Source of the DNA: Candidatus Methylomirabilis sp.
GTDB lineage: Bacteria; Methylomirabilota; Methylomirabilia; Methylomirabilales; 2-02-FULL-66-22
Reading direction: 5' to 3'
DNA: 47,810 bases
Assembly: GCA_037442485.1 (NCBI GenBank)
Contig: JBBIQE010000007.1
Location: 1-47,810, forward strand
In this document: positions 27,495 through 37,255 of the stretch, piece after piece
Layout of the letters: each line of letters opens with the position of its first letter
How positions within the stretch are numbered: the first letter of the stretch is position 1
The notes under the pieces: generated by a model
The model's database searches: none
Seen by the model: only the letters and a program-made list of their open reading frames with translations
What the model was told of the DNA's origin: nothing
Translations under genes and position numbers: made by a program

Positions 27495-28312
27495 TTGCCA
27501 GTGGCCATCACCTCAGCGAGGCCGAGATCGCCCAGGCCTACGATGACATATCCCACGAGATCGTGATGCCAGCCTACTTCTATCCCGAGGTGGTTCAATT
27601 CGTGGGAGAGATCGCGGGTCAGCGTGTTCTGGATTGCGGATGCGGCAACGGTGCTCTCCTGCACCTGCTGGCCGCCCGGCAGCCCGCCGAACTGTACGGC
27701 CTGGAGATATCTCCGGCGCTCTGCGCCTTGGCAAAGAGCAGGTTGGCGGGGCGGGCTCGGATCTATCGGGGGAGCCTCCAGGCGACCTGGCCCTTCCCGG
27801 ACGGGAGGCTCGACCTCGTGATCATGACCGAGGTGATCGAGCACCTGGCAAATCCCGGGAGGGCGTTGGCCGAGGCCCGTCGCGTGGTGGCGCCCTCCGG
27901 CCGGATGGTCATTACATTCCCCAATGCCACCGCTTACGAGCCCTTCCTGGCGGCCGCCCACCGGCGCAACGGGCAGGGCCGCTGGTGGGCCTTTCTCCCT
28001 TGGGAACACCCTCGAAAGACCCGGCAGCCCATCGACACCGTTTACGGCTACGAGGAGATCAGGAGGATTCTCGCGGAAAGCCGGCTCGTTGTGACCCGAA
28101 TCCACGGGCGGGAAGCGCTGCCATACCTGTGGGACTGGGCCTCGATCGAGCGCTGCCGGCCCCTCCGGGCAGCCGTACGGTCCCTCGAGCGGATGCGTCC
28201 GCTGGCCGATCGGCTGCTGAACCAACTCCAGCGCCCCCGGTGGTGCTATCGGCTGTTCGTGGAGTGCCGTCCAGGCAGGTTGGAGGGGCCGGCCGGGCCC
28301 GAGGTCCGATGA
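27491..28312 (+). CDS. Class I SAM-dependent methyltransferase
   Basis: VLDCGCGNG, GLEIS, DLVIMTEVIEHL and ITFPN. Confidence 0.9.
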   Translation: MIASGHHLSEAEIAQAYDDISHEIVMPAYFYPEVVQFVGEIAGQRVLDCGCGNGALLHLLAARQPAELYGLEISPALCALAKSRLAGRARIYRGSLQATWPFPDGRLDLVIMTEVIEHLANPGRALAEARRVVAPSGRMVITFPNATAYEPFLAAAHRRNGQGRWWAFLPWEHPRKTRQPIDTVYGYEEIRRILAESRLVVTRIHGREALPYLWDWASIERCRPLRAAVRSLERMRPLADRLLNQLQRPRWCYRLFVECRPGRLEGPAGPEVR

Positions 28313-29580
28313 AGCTCCGCCTACTGGTCCTGACAAACCTCTATCCCCCCCACTATCTCGGCGGCTACGAGCTCGGCTGCCGTGCGGTGGTCGAGCAGTT
28401 GCGCCAACGCGGCCACGAGGTCACCGTGCTCACCAGCATCTACGGGGCCGGGCGGCCCCGCGTGGATGGGAGCGTCCACCGCTGTCTCTGCTATCATCCC
28501 GAGGCTCCCGTCGGCTCCCGCACCACCATGCTCCTGCGGGAATGGCACGACCACAGATCGCTTTCCCGTCTGATGGCCGAGCGGCGGCCGGATCTCCTTT
28601 ACGTGTTCAGCCTGTACGGCATCTCCCAGGCGCTGCCGCTCACCGCCCAGCGCGCCGGCCTTCCTGCGGTCTACGCCCTTTCCGCGGAGTGGTTGGAGCC
28701 GGGGTTTCGGGGAGACCCCTGGACGAGCCTTTCAACGCACCCCCCGCGGACCGGGACGAGGCGGGTGGCGAAACAAATCCTCATGGGGCTGCTGGATCCC
28801 TGGCTCCCCACCAGCCGGGAACAGCTTGACCTGCGCCACGCCTACTTCACCAGCGCCGCCCTCAAGGACCGCTACCTGTCCAAAGGCTTTGCCGTGGAAT
28901 CCGCCCCGGTGATCCACTGGGGTGTGGATACGGAGCGGTTTCGTCCCCGTCCTCGCCCGGAGGTGGCGATGCCTCCCAGGCTCCTGTTCGCCGGCCGGAT
29001 CGCCCGGGAGAAAGGGTTGCACACGGTGGTGGAGGCGCTCCGCCTCCTCCGGGAGGGAGATAATCTACCGGGGGTCAGCCTGGACATCGTGGGGCCGGTC
29101 CAGGACCGCGAGTACATGCGCGCCGTCGAGCATGGGATCGCGCAGGGCGAACTCGGCTCCAGCGTCCGCTTCCGGGGCCCGATTCCCTCGGAAGCCATGC
29201 CCGAACTCTACGGGCAGCACGATATCTATGTGTTTCCGTCGATCTGGGAGGAGCCATTTTCCATTGGACTCCTGGAGGCTATGGCCTGCGGGCTGGCGGT
29301 GGTCGGCACTACAACCGGCGGCAGCCGGGAAGTGCTGGAGGATGAGGTCAATTGCCTGACCTTCCCCCCGGGGGATGCCCAGTCCCTGGCCCGGCAACTG
29401 ATGCGGCTGCTCGATCCCCAACTCGCTCAGCGCCTCGGCGTCCAGGCCCGCAGGACGGTGGAGCGGCGCTTCGGCTTGAAGCGGATGATGGACAGGGTCG
29501 AGACTTTCCTTCGGCAAGCGCTCGCGCGTCAACCCGTGTGGTCCGCCGACACCCAAGGGGAGTCGGAGCTGGACCGATGA
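28309..29580 (+). CDS. Glycosyltransferase family 4
   Basis: NLYPPHYLGGYE, GRIAREKG and EPFSIGLLEAMACG (EX7E). Confidence 0.92.
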   Translation: MKLRLLVLTNLYPPHYLGGYELGCRAVVEQLRQRGHEVTVLTSIYGAGRPRVDGSVHRCLCYHPEAPVGSRTTMLLREWHDHRSLSRLMAERRPDLLYVFSLYGISQALPLTAQRAGLPAVYALSAEWLEPGFRGDPWTSLSTHPPRTGTRRVAKQILMGLLDPWLPTSREQLDLRHAYFTSAALKDRYLSKGFAVESAPVIHWGVDTERFRPRPRPEVAMPPRLLFAGRIAREKGLHTVVEALRLLREGDNLPGVSLDIVGPVQDREYMRAVEHGIAQGELGSSVRFRGPIPSEAMPELYGQHDIYVFPSIWEEPFSIGLLEAMACGLAVVGTTTGGSREVLEDEVNCLTFPPGDAQSLARQLMRLLDPQLAQRLGVQARRTVERRFGLKRMMDRVETFLRQALARQPVWSADTQGESELDR

Positions 29581-30611
29581 ACCGCGAGCGGCAGGTGCTG
29601 CTGGTGGTCCAACACGTGGCGCACCATGGGCAGGCCTCGGGGTACCAGCGGCTGGCAGAGTTCCTCGTGGCGGAAGGGAGCGCGTCGGTAATCGCCCACG
29701 GATTCCCGCGTCGGGGAACTTGGCGCCTGGCCCAACCCTTCGCCCGCCGCGCTGGCCTGGCCTGGTACGGCGCGGAGGCCTTTCTCACCGAGGTCTGGGC
29801 AGCCGGCGTGGCGGCCTACCGGAATGGGCTCCTCCATTTTCTCCAGGGAGAGAGCAGCTACCGGTATGCTGCGAGGATTCCGGGTGGCCGCCGCCGGCGC
29901 CTGGTGGCTACCTTTCACCTGCCGCCGTCGGTGTTCCGCGACCACGTTGGCCCCACCCGCCACCTGGAGCGGCTGGACGCCCTGATCCTCGTCGCCCGGA
30001 ACCAGCTGGACCTCCTGAATTGGCTGACCCGTCGGCCCGCTTGCCACGTGGTGGCCCACGGGGTGGATGTGGACTTCTTCCGGCCCGGCCCGGCCCCGGT
30101 CCGCGAGGAACACTGCCTATTCGTGGGACAGTGGCTGAGGGATTTCTCCACGCTGCGGGCCGTGGTGGAGGGTGTGCGACGCAAGGCGCCTCGGGTACGC
30201 TTCACGCTGGTGATCCCGGCGCACCTGGCGGCGGCGTGGCAGGGACAGCCGGGGGTGGAGGTGCGGTCGGAGCTCGACGATGCTTCCCTGCTCCGCTGCT
30301 ACCAGCAGGCGACCCTCCTCCTCATGCCCCTCCGCGACTGCACCGCGAATAATGCGCTCCTCGAGGGGATGGCCTGCGGGCTGCCGATCGTGGCCACGGA
30401 CGTGGGGGGAATCCGGGACTACGTGAGCGAGGACTGCGCCCGACTGGTCCCGCCGCACGATCCCGCCGCCATGGCCGAAGCGGTCCTCGAGCTCGTGCAG
30501 GAGTCGGGTGTCCGGGAAGCCTTGGCTCGCGCGGCGCGGGCCCGGGCCGAAACCTTTGCCTGGCCCAGGATCGCAAAGCAGGTCCTGGACGTCTACGCAA
30601 GCCTGCGATGA
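29577..30611 (+). CDS. Glycosyltransferase family 4
   Basis: HGVDVDFFRP and NNALLEGMACGLPIVATDVGG. Confidence 0.88.
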   Translation: MNRERQVLLVVQHVAHHGQASGYQRLAEFLVAEGSASVIAHGFPRRGTWRLAQPFARRAGLAWYGAEAFLTEVWAAGVAAYRNGLLHFLQGESSYRYAARIPGGRRRRLVATFHLPPSVFRDHVGPTRHLERLDALILVARNQLDLLNWLTRRPACHVVAHGVDVDFFRPGPAPVREEHCLFVGQWLRDFSTLRAVVEGVRRKAPRVRFTLVIPAHLAAAWQGQPGVEVRSELDDASLLRCYQQATLLLMPLRDCTANNALLEGMACGLPIVATDVGGIRDYVSEDCARLVPPHDPAAMAEAVLELVQESGVREALARAARARAETFAWPRIAKQVLDVYASLR

Positions 30612-31849
30612 CGCCGACGCTCGCAAGCGTGCAGACCACACCCGGAGGCCCCCGGCAACGGGAGGGGTCCTTGCGGGTCTGTCTGGCGACGGGATTGTTC
30701 CCACCCGCCGTGGGGGGGGAGGAGCACCATGCCGCTCTCCTCGCTGAAGGTCTGGGGCGGAGGGGTCACCGCGTCACGGTGGTCACGCAACGGCTTCCGG
30801 GCACCCCCCGCCGCGAGACCCGGAACGGCTTTCGGGTCGAGCGAGCGGTCCGGACCATCCGGAGGGGACCCATGTTCGGCCCCAGCTACCTGGCCTCCCT
30901 CGGCCGGTTCCTCCTCCGACATCGCGGGGCCTTCGACCTGGTACAGGCTACCTATCTCTACTGGGATGCCGTGGCCGCCGCCCTGCTGAAGCCGCTCCTG
31001 GGATCGCGGCTCGTCGTACGGATGGTCATCGCAGGCCCCGGGGGAGACCTCGATCGCTTCCAGGGCATGCGGCTATGGCCCCTGACAGCCCGGTACGACC
31101 GCCCCACACTGGATCGCCTGGTGGCGGCCGTGCTCCGCCGCGCGGATGCCTTCATCACCCTTTCGGTCCGCGGGCAACTGGAGCTGGAGCGCCTGGGAGT
31201 CCCGGCAGCGCGCCGCCATCTGGTGCCCAACGGGATCGAAGTGGCGCGCTTCGCAGCCATCTCGCCCGCGCCGCCCCCCGGTGGCCCCCTCTGCCTTCTC
31301 TCTGTGGCGCGCCTGGCAGAGCAGAAAGGGTTGGATGTGCTCCTGCGAGCCCTCCCGGCGGTGCGAGCGGTCATCGGGCCGGTGACGCTCACCCTGCTGG
31401 GCGAGGGGCCGGAACGATCCCGCCTGGGAACCCTGGCCGCCGAACTGGGACTTGCGGAGGTGGTGTCATTTCAGGGGGTGGTCCGGGACGTCCGTCCCTT
31501 TTTGGCGGCCGCGCACGCCTTCGTCCTTCCCTCCCGCTACGAGGGCATCCCCCTGGCGCTCCTGGAGGCCATGGCCGCCGGTCTCCCGGTGGTGGCCACG
31601 GCCGTGGACGGCAACACCGATCTCATCCGGGACGGCGTGGACGGGCTCCTCGTCCCCCGGGATGATCCTGTCGCCCTGGCCCAGGCGCTAGTGCGCATCC
31701 TGCGAGATCCCGACCTGGCGAAGCGGCTGGGAGAAGAGGCCCGCCGGCGGGCCAGGGCCGGCTACACTGCCGAGGCGATGGTGGAGCGGACGCTCCGGGT
31801 CTACCGCGAGGCCCTGGCGATGCCGGTGCGCGAACGGGAGACCCCATGA
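30608..31849 (+). CDS. Glycosyltransferase family 4
   Basis: FPPAVGGEE, PNGIE, RLAEQKG and EGIPLALLEAMAAG. Confidence 0.92.
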   Translation: MTPTLASVQTTPGGPRQREGSLRVCLATGLFPPAVGGEEHHAALLAEGLGRRGHRVTVVTQRLPGTPRRETRNGFRVERAVRTIRRGPMFGPSYLASLGRFLLRHRGAFDLVQATYLYWDAVAAALLKPLLGSRLVVRMVIAGPGGDLDRFQGMRLWPLTARYDRPTLDRLVAAVLRRADAFITLSVRGQLELERLGVPAARRHLVPNGIEVARFAAISPAPPPGGPLCLLSVARLAEQKGLDVLLRALPAVRAVIGPVTLTLLGEGPERSRLGTLAAELGLAEVVSFQGVVRDVRPFLAAAHAFVLPSRYEGIPLALLEAMAAGLPVVATAVDGNTDLIRDGVDGLLVPRDDPVALAQALVRILRDPDLAKRLGEEARRRARAGYTAEAMVERTLRVYREALAMPVRERETP

Positions 31850-31953
31850 AGATCCCCAGCACCAGCTCCCACAATCTCCCGACGCCGGGGGGATCGGCCG
31901 GACAGGCGAACCATCCACGGCCACGGGTCTTGGCGACTCCCGGCGGGAGACGG

Positions 31954-33171
31954 ATGCGAATTCTCCTCTGTATCGCCCAGTATCACCCGATCGTCGGTGG
32001 GGCGGAAAGGCAGGCCCACGCCCTGGCTCGCGGGCTGATCCAGCGTGGCCACGAGGTCGTCGTCCTGACCCGATGGCACAAGGGCTGGCCGCGACGCGAG
32101 ACGGTCGACGGCGTCCCTGTCCGACGGGGGATTCGGACCGTCAATTTCGGCCCGCTGTACACCCTCACGTACACCTCTGGTGTCGCACGCGCCCTCCTGG
32201 AATACCGGGGCTGGGCGGACGTGATCCACATCACCAACATCTACCTGGAGGCCCTCGTGGCCGTCGCAACGCGCCGGTGGCACAGACTCCCCGTCGTTCT
32301 CCGACCTGCCTGTGCAGGCTACTACGGCGACCTCGCTCGCCTGGAGCGCTTTCGCGTCTGGCCCGTCTACCCCGGTCCCGCCAAGATCTCCGTACGGAAA
32401 TTCGTCCGCCTGATCACGCGCGGGGACGCCTTCGTGGTTAGCAGCCGGGAACTGCGGGCAGAGTTGATGGGAGCCGGTTTCCCGGCAGATCGCATCCTCC
32501 ACATTCCCAACGGCGTCGATCCCGATCGCTTTCGGCCTGCGTCCGACGCGGCGGGTGAGCGGGCCGCCCTGAACCTGCCCGCCGGCCCTCTCGTGATCTT
32601 CGCCGGCCGGCTGGATCCGCAGAAAGGGCTGGACACACTCATAACGGCCGTAGAGCCGCTCCTCCGGGCGACACCCGAGCTCCGGGTCCTGCTGCTCGGT
32701 GACGGTCCCTTGCGAGGCGACCTCGAAGCCCGGATCCGACATGCTGATCTCGCTGACCGCATCCTCCTCCATGGGATCGTCGCGGACGTCGCCGCCTACC
32801 TTCGATCGGCCGACGTGTTCGTCCTTCCGTCCGTCGGTGAGGGCATGCCCAACGCCCTCCTGGAGGCGATGGCCACGGGCCTGCCCTGTGTCGCTTCCGC
32901 GATCGGTGGGTGTCGCGACGTGATCGATGATGGCCAAACGGGCCTGCTGGTCCCGCCGGGCGATGCGGGGGCATTGCGGGCAACGTTGGAACACCTGCTC
33001 CGGTCTCCAGCCCTGCGGCATCGGCTGGGGACGGCGGCCCGGGAAGAAGTTGTGGCTCGATTCGGACTGGAGCGGATGGTGGACCGGTACGAGGCCTGCT
33101 ACCGTGCGGTCATCGCTGGGCGTCCCCTTGCCGAGTCGGCCGGGCTGGACGGCTCGGGTGCTCGGCTGTGA
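31954..33171 (+). CDS. Glycosyltransferase family 4 (alternative start 31846)
   Basis: MRILL..YHPIVGGAERQ, PNGVD, GRLDPQKG and EGMPNALLEAMATG; clearly similar to the preceding GT4. Confidence 0.92.
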   Translation: MRILLCIAQYHPIVGGAERQAHALARGLIQRGHEVVVLTRWHKGWPRRETVDGVPVRRGIRTVNFGPLYTLTYTSGVARALLEYRGWADVIHITNIYLEALVAVATRRWHRLPVVLRPACAGYYGDLARLERFRVWPVYPGPAKISVRKFVRLITRGDAFVVSSRELRAELMGAGFPADRILHIPNGVDPDRFRPASDAAGERAALNLPAGPLVIFAGRLDPQKGLDTLITAVEPLLRATPELRVLLLGDGPLRGDLEARIRHADLADRILLHGIVADVAAYLRSADVFVLPSVGEGMPNALLEAMATGLPCVASAIGGCRDVIDDGQTGLLVPPGDAGALRATLEHLLRSPALRHRLGTAAREEVVARFGLERMVDRYEACYRAVIAGRPLAESAGLDGSGARL

Positions 33172-35042
33172 ACCCCGCTTCGGGCTGGCCGAATCCCGGA
33201 CCAGTAAGGCGGAAGGGATCACTCGTGCAGGGTCAAGACGGGAGGGGATCGACAGGGCTTCGGCTCGTCGTTGCGGCCGCATTGCTGTTGAGCGGGCTTA
33301 TCGCATTCCGGTCCGATCTTGCCTTCCTGTTCGCGCCGGATCCACAGCTCGCCTTCAGGCTGTTCGAGGATCCCTACAACGGGGTAATCTCGCCTCGGGG
33401 CCGTGTCGCTTTGGAGGGTGTCGTCCCCGGCCCGTACGGGTTCTATGTGCCCCCCGGAGGGCGGGGGCGCGTGCGGTACGAGACCTCCTGGACGTCGCCC
33501 TCCACACCCTGGATGCGCCTGGAGCTTTCCGCCCTGCTCGATCAGACCTCCCCCCGCGGGCGGGTGAGCCTCTCGGTAGACGGGGGTCGGACCTGGATCC
33601 CCCTGGCGGAAAATCGCTCGCTCCGGTTGGAATCCTTGGACGTCGGATCGCTCCTCCGGGGTCGGCAGCAGATGATCCTGCTTTATGAGGGAACCAACAC
33701 CGAGAACACGCCGCTTCTGCTCATGGCCAAGATCAGCCTGCTCGCGTATGCGGAACCACCCTCTCCTGCTCCCCCTCTCGGGCGCGCCATGGCGGCCATC
33801 CTCTGGTTCGGCCTGGGCCTTGGCCTCCTTTCGCCGTCCTGGCCTCGTCAGCTTCCCCTCCTGGCTATCCTGGCGGTGGGATTCGCCGGGCGATACTCGA
33901 ACTTTCTCCGTGTCCTGTATGGCAGGCCCGATCCGGATGCCGAGTACTACCGTATCCTTGCCGAGAAGCTGGTTCCCTTTGGCTCCACGGGGTTCTACTC
34001 GGGAAGTTTCGACATCCGCGAGCCCTTCTTCCTCCTGGTGGCCAAGGCCGCTTTCGTCCTGCTCGGCTCCAGCGACACCCACTTGCGTTTCGTGTCGCTG
34101 GCGGCCTCGCTGCTGGCAATCGTGCTCGCCTGGCGGCTTGGCGGACGCCTCCTGGGCGCGGGATGGGCATGGCTGCCGGCCGCGGGGCTTGCCTTCAGCG
34201 TCCCCCTGGTCGTTGAGAGCGGTCGGGGCCTTCGATTGGAAGTCGAGATGGTGCTCCTGCTGCTCTTCGCCGATGTGCTGTTCGTGGCGCCCAGGCTGCG
34301 GCAGATCTCCCGGTTCGTTCTGGCCGGGCTCGTCGGGGGACTCCTCGTGCTGACGCGATCCAGCCATATGCCAGGCTTGATCGTCCTGCTCGTCCTCGGA
34401 GCCGGCCGTTGGGCGGCGCGTCCTCGACGCCGGCTGCTCCTGGCAGGGGTGGCCGGAGGGCTGATAGCCGGGCTCTACGCGCCGCATGCCGCAGCCCTGT
34501 ATCGGATCCACGGGGACGCGTTCTACGATCAGGCAAGGCATTCGCGCTGGTTCGCCAACAAGGAGTTTGCGGGCCAGCCTGGATTCCCATCCAAAGACGA
34601 GGTGGCGCGTGATGCGTACACCGGTCCCCGAATCACCTTTTGGGAGTATGTGTTCAAGCGGCACACACCGGGCCAGGTCGTCTTGAGTTACTTCCGGGGA
34701 TACGGGAAGATGCTGTATCACATGGACCTGATCGGCTGGGTGGACGCGGTGCAGCGGTTCACCGGACTCCGCCTGGACTGGGTGGATTGGGTGGTGCGAC
34801 TCCTTGGATGGGCAGGGATGCTGCTCGCGCTCCGAAGCCGGCAGGCCTGGCTTTCCATCGCGATTCTCGCCCTCCTCTTTCCGGTCGCCTTTCCCTATGA
34901 TCGGGGTGTGACCGAGCGGTATCGCCTGACCCTGATGGTCTTCCCCTTTTTCCTCTGCGGGATCGGACTCCTGTGCACCCGCATGGCAGCGGCGCTCCAT
35001 GCCGTGCGGGTGGCTCGCGTATCGGAGTGCAGCCGTGCCTGA
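33168..35042 (+). CDS. GT-C fold (ArnT/PMT-like) membrane glycosyltransferase with an N-terminal extracytoplasmic domain
   Basis: One TM, a ~170 aa soluble domain, then many TMs with DPDAEYY, REPFF, LRFVS and GLLVLTR patterns. Confidence 0.6.
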   Translation: MNPASGWPNPGPVRRKGSLVQGQDGRGSTGLRLVVAAALLLSGLIAFRSDLAFLFAPDPQLAFRLFEDPYNGVISPRGRVALEGVVPGPYGFYVPPGGRGRVRYETSWTSPSTPWMRLELSALLDQTSPRGRVSLSVDGGRTWIPLAENRSLRLESLDVGSLLRGRQQMILLYEGTNTENTPLLLMAKISLLAYAEPPSPAPPLGRAMAAILWFGLGLGLLSPSWPRQLPLLAILAVGFAGRYSNFLRVLYGRPDPDAEYYRILAEKLVPFGSTGFYSGSFDIREPFFLLVAKAAFVLLGSSDTHLRFVSLAASLLAIVLAWRLGGRLLGAGWAWLPAAGLAFSVPLVVESGRGLRLEVEMVLLLLFADVLFVAPRLRQISRFVLAGLVGGLLVLTRSSHMPGLIVLLVLGAGRWAARPRRRLLLAGVAGGLIAGLYAPHAAALYRIHGDAFYDQARHSRWFANKEFAGQPGFPSKDEVARDAYTGPRITFWEYVFKRHTPGQVVLSYFRGYGKMLYHMDLIGWVDAVQRFTGLRLDWVDWVVRLLGWAGMLLALRSRQAWLSIAILALLFPVAFPYDRGVTERYRLTLMVFPFFLCGIGLLCTRMAAALHAVRVARVSECSRA

Positions 35043-35757
35043 AAGCCGCCGTGCGTTCCGCAGGCTGTCCATCCTGATGCCCTCGTACAACGAGGCCCGG
35101 ACCATCCAGGAAATCCTGGAGCAGGTGGATGCGGCCGACGCCGCCGGGTTGGAGAAGGAACTGATCATCGTGGACGACGGCTCCACGGATGGAACCCGTG
35201 AGGTGTTGGAGCGGCTGGACGGGCTCAAGACCCCCGTCCGCGTGCTGTTCCACGCGCAGAACATGGGGAAGGGCGCCGCCCTGCGGACCGCGCTCACGTA
35301 TGCCACCGGCGATGTCATCCTCATCCAGGACGCAGACCTGGAGTACGATCCCCAGGAGTATACGGAGTTGCTGCTCCCCATCCTGGCCGGACGGGCGGAT
35401 GTGGTGTACGGATCGCGCCTGCGCGGCGGGAAGCCGGTGCGGGATTTCAGCCTCCTCTATCTTTGGGGAAACAAGTTCGTGACCTTCCTGGCCAACGTGC
35501 TCTACGGGGGGGCGCTGACCGATATGGAGACCTGCTACAAGGTCTTCCGGGCCGACGTCATCAAGAACATCCAGATCCGGGCCAACCGCTTCGACTTCGA
35601 GCCCGAGGTGACCGCCAAGATCCTGAAGCGCCGGCACAAGATCGTGGAACTCCCCATCTCCTACTACGGGCGGGACAGGGCCGAGGGGAAAAAGCTCAGT
35701 TGGCGGGACGGGGTGGGCACGCTGTGGGCCCTCTTGAAGTATCGCTTCCTCGACTAA
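35035..35757 (+). CDS. GT2 polyprenol-phosphate glycosyltransferase (DPM1/ArnC-like)
   Basis: LSILMPSYNE, VDDGSTDG, NMGKGAA, QDADLEYDP, VYGSR, TDMETCYK and FDFEPE. Confidence 0.9.
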   Translation: MPESRRAFRRLSILMPSYNEARTIQEILEQVDAADAAGLEKELIIVDDGSTDGTREVLERLDGLKTPVRVLFHAQNMGKGAALRTALTYATGDVILIQDADLEYDPQEYTELLLPILAGRADVVYGSRLRGGKPVRDFSLLYLWGNKFVTFLANVLYGGALTDMETCYKVFRADVIKNIQIRANRFDFEPEVTAKILKRRHKIVELPISYYGRDRAEGKKLSWRDGVGTLWALLKYRFLD

Positions 35758-35765
35758 CGGCTGAA

Positions 35766-37250
35766 GTGCCGAACGACGCCAGGGGTTCGTGGGACGGATC
35801 GCGCGTCGCGTCCCGTGCCTGGACCGCTGGCGTCCTGGCCTGGCTCCTCCTGGTCTCGGTGTACCTGTTCCTCCTCGGAAGCTCCCGATACCTGAATCTC
35901 GGCATGGGAGTTCGCGATCTCGGCTTCTTTGCCCAGTCCCTCTGGAACAGCCTGCATGGCTCCTTCCTCGCCATCAGCTTCTATCCGCACGCCACGCACC
36001 TATGGGGTGGACATTTCTACCTGTCCCACGTGCTGCTGATCCCGCTTTACGCGTTGTGGCCCAACCCTCTTCTCCTACTGGCCATCCAGTCGGTCGCCGT
36101 GAGCCTGACCGGCTGGTCTCTCTTTCTCCTGGGGCGGCTGTGGCTGTCTCGGCCATGGATGGCAGCCGTCCCTGTCCTGGCCTACACCCTCCACCCGGGG
36201 GTCCACAGGGCTGCTCTGGGCGCGGGAATCTATGGGGGCTACCAGCCGGACCACCTGATCCCCCCTCTTTTCATCCTCGCCGTGTACCACCTGGCGCGCC
36301 ATCGCCGGAAGGCCGCCCTGGCCTGTTGGCTCTTCGGGTTGACCGTGACGGAGCAGTACGCCCTTCTCTGGGCAGGACTGGGGCTCTTCTGCGCCCTGCG
36401 GCCCCGCACGCGTTCCCTCGGGCTCATCATGGCTGGCATTTCGATGGGGTGGCTGGCCCTGGCCACCCTTGTTGTCATCCCCCACTTTGCCTCGGGCAAG
36501 TGGCCATTCTACTTTTCGGGATTCCAGGGTCTCCGGTCGCTGGCCCAACCTGCCGGAAACGGAGGAGAGGTCTGGCCGCGCCTCATCTCCAACGTGCTAT
36601 CCATGGCCCGCCCCTTCGGATACCTGCCGCTGCTGGATCCCTTCACCCTGATCACCCTCCCGGCCTATGTGGCCTATGCCGCGGCGTGGAAGGCGGGGTA
36701 CTTCGTTCCGCTCATTGGCAACTCCTGGCACAACTCCGCCATCATCCCCGTCATGGCCGTATCGCTCCTCCGGACGCTGGGCGGCATGTCCTGGCTGGGA
36801 TCACGGGTCGCGCCGCACCTGCGGGAGCGGCTCCTCGTCGGCGCCGTCCTGGCCGCAGCCACCGCTCCGCTGCTGGTCACCCCCGGGCCGATGCTCCCGG
36901 TGCTGTTCGGCCAGACCCCCCGTGATTTCACGCCCCTTCCTCCGGCCCGCCGCGCCGCTCTCGACGAGATCCGCCGACGCATCCCGGAAGGCGCGGCGCT
37001 GGCGACCGACTTCTTCACCGGCTCGCAATTCCTGAACCGGCGGAGACTTCAACTCCTCATGGACGGAGGGTCGAATGCGGAGTACGTGTTGGTGGACAGG
37101 TGGCGTCCTGGCGGGGGGCTGTGGCCGTCTGAAGGCGCAGCCCTTCGAGCCGTGGAAGAGGAGCCCGGCACCGTTCGCCTCGTGGATCGCGAGGGATTTC
37201 TGCTGCTCCGCCGGCCCCTCAAGGGCTCGCCGGGCCGAGCGGGGAAATAA
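35766..37250 (+). CDS. DUF2079-like polytopic membrane protein (predicted GT-C glycosyltransferase)
   Basis: DLGFFAQSLWNSLHG...GHF...LYALWPNPLLLLAIQ followed by multiple TMs. Confidence 0.7.
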   Translation: MPNDARGSWDGSRVASRAWTAGVLAWLLLVSVYLFLLGSSRYLNLGMGVRDLGFFAQSLWNSLHGSFLAISFYPHATHLWGGHFYLSHVLLIPLYALWPNPLLLLAIQSVAVSLTGWSLFLLGRLWLSRPWMAAVPVLAYTLHPGVHRAALGAGIYGGYQPDHLIPPLFILAVYHLARHRRKAALACWLFGLTVTEQYALLWAGLGLFCALRPRTRSLGLIMAGISMGWLALATLVVIPHFASGKWPFYFSGFQGLRSLAQPAGNGGEVWPRLISNVLSMARPFGYLPLLDPFTLITLPAYVAYAAAWKAGYFVPLIGNSWHNSAIIPVMAVSLLRTLGGMSWLGSRVAPHLRERLLVGAVLAAATAPLLVTPGPMLPVLFGQTPRDFTPLPPARRAALDEIRRRIPEGAALATDFFTGSQFLNRRRLQLLMDGGSNAEYVLVDRWRPGGGLWPSEGAALRAVEEEPGTVRLVDREGFLLLRRPLKGSPGRAGK

Positions 37251-37255
37251 TGACA

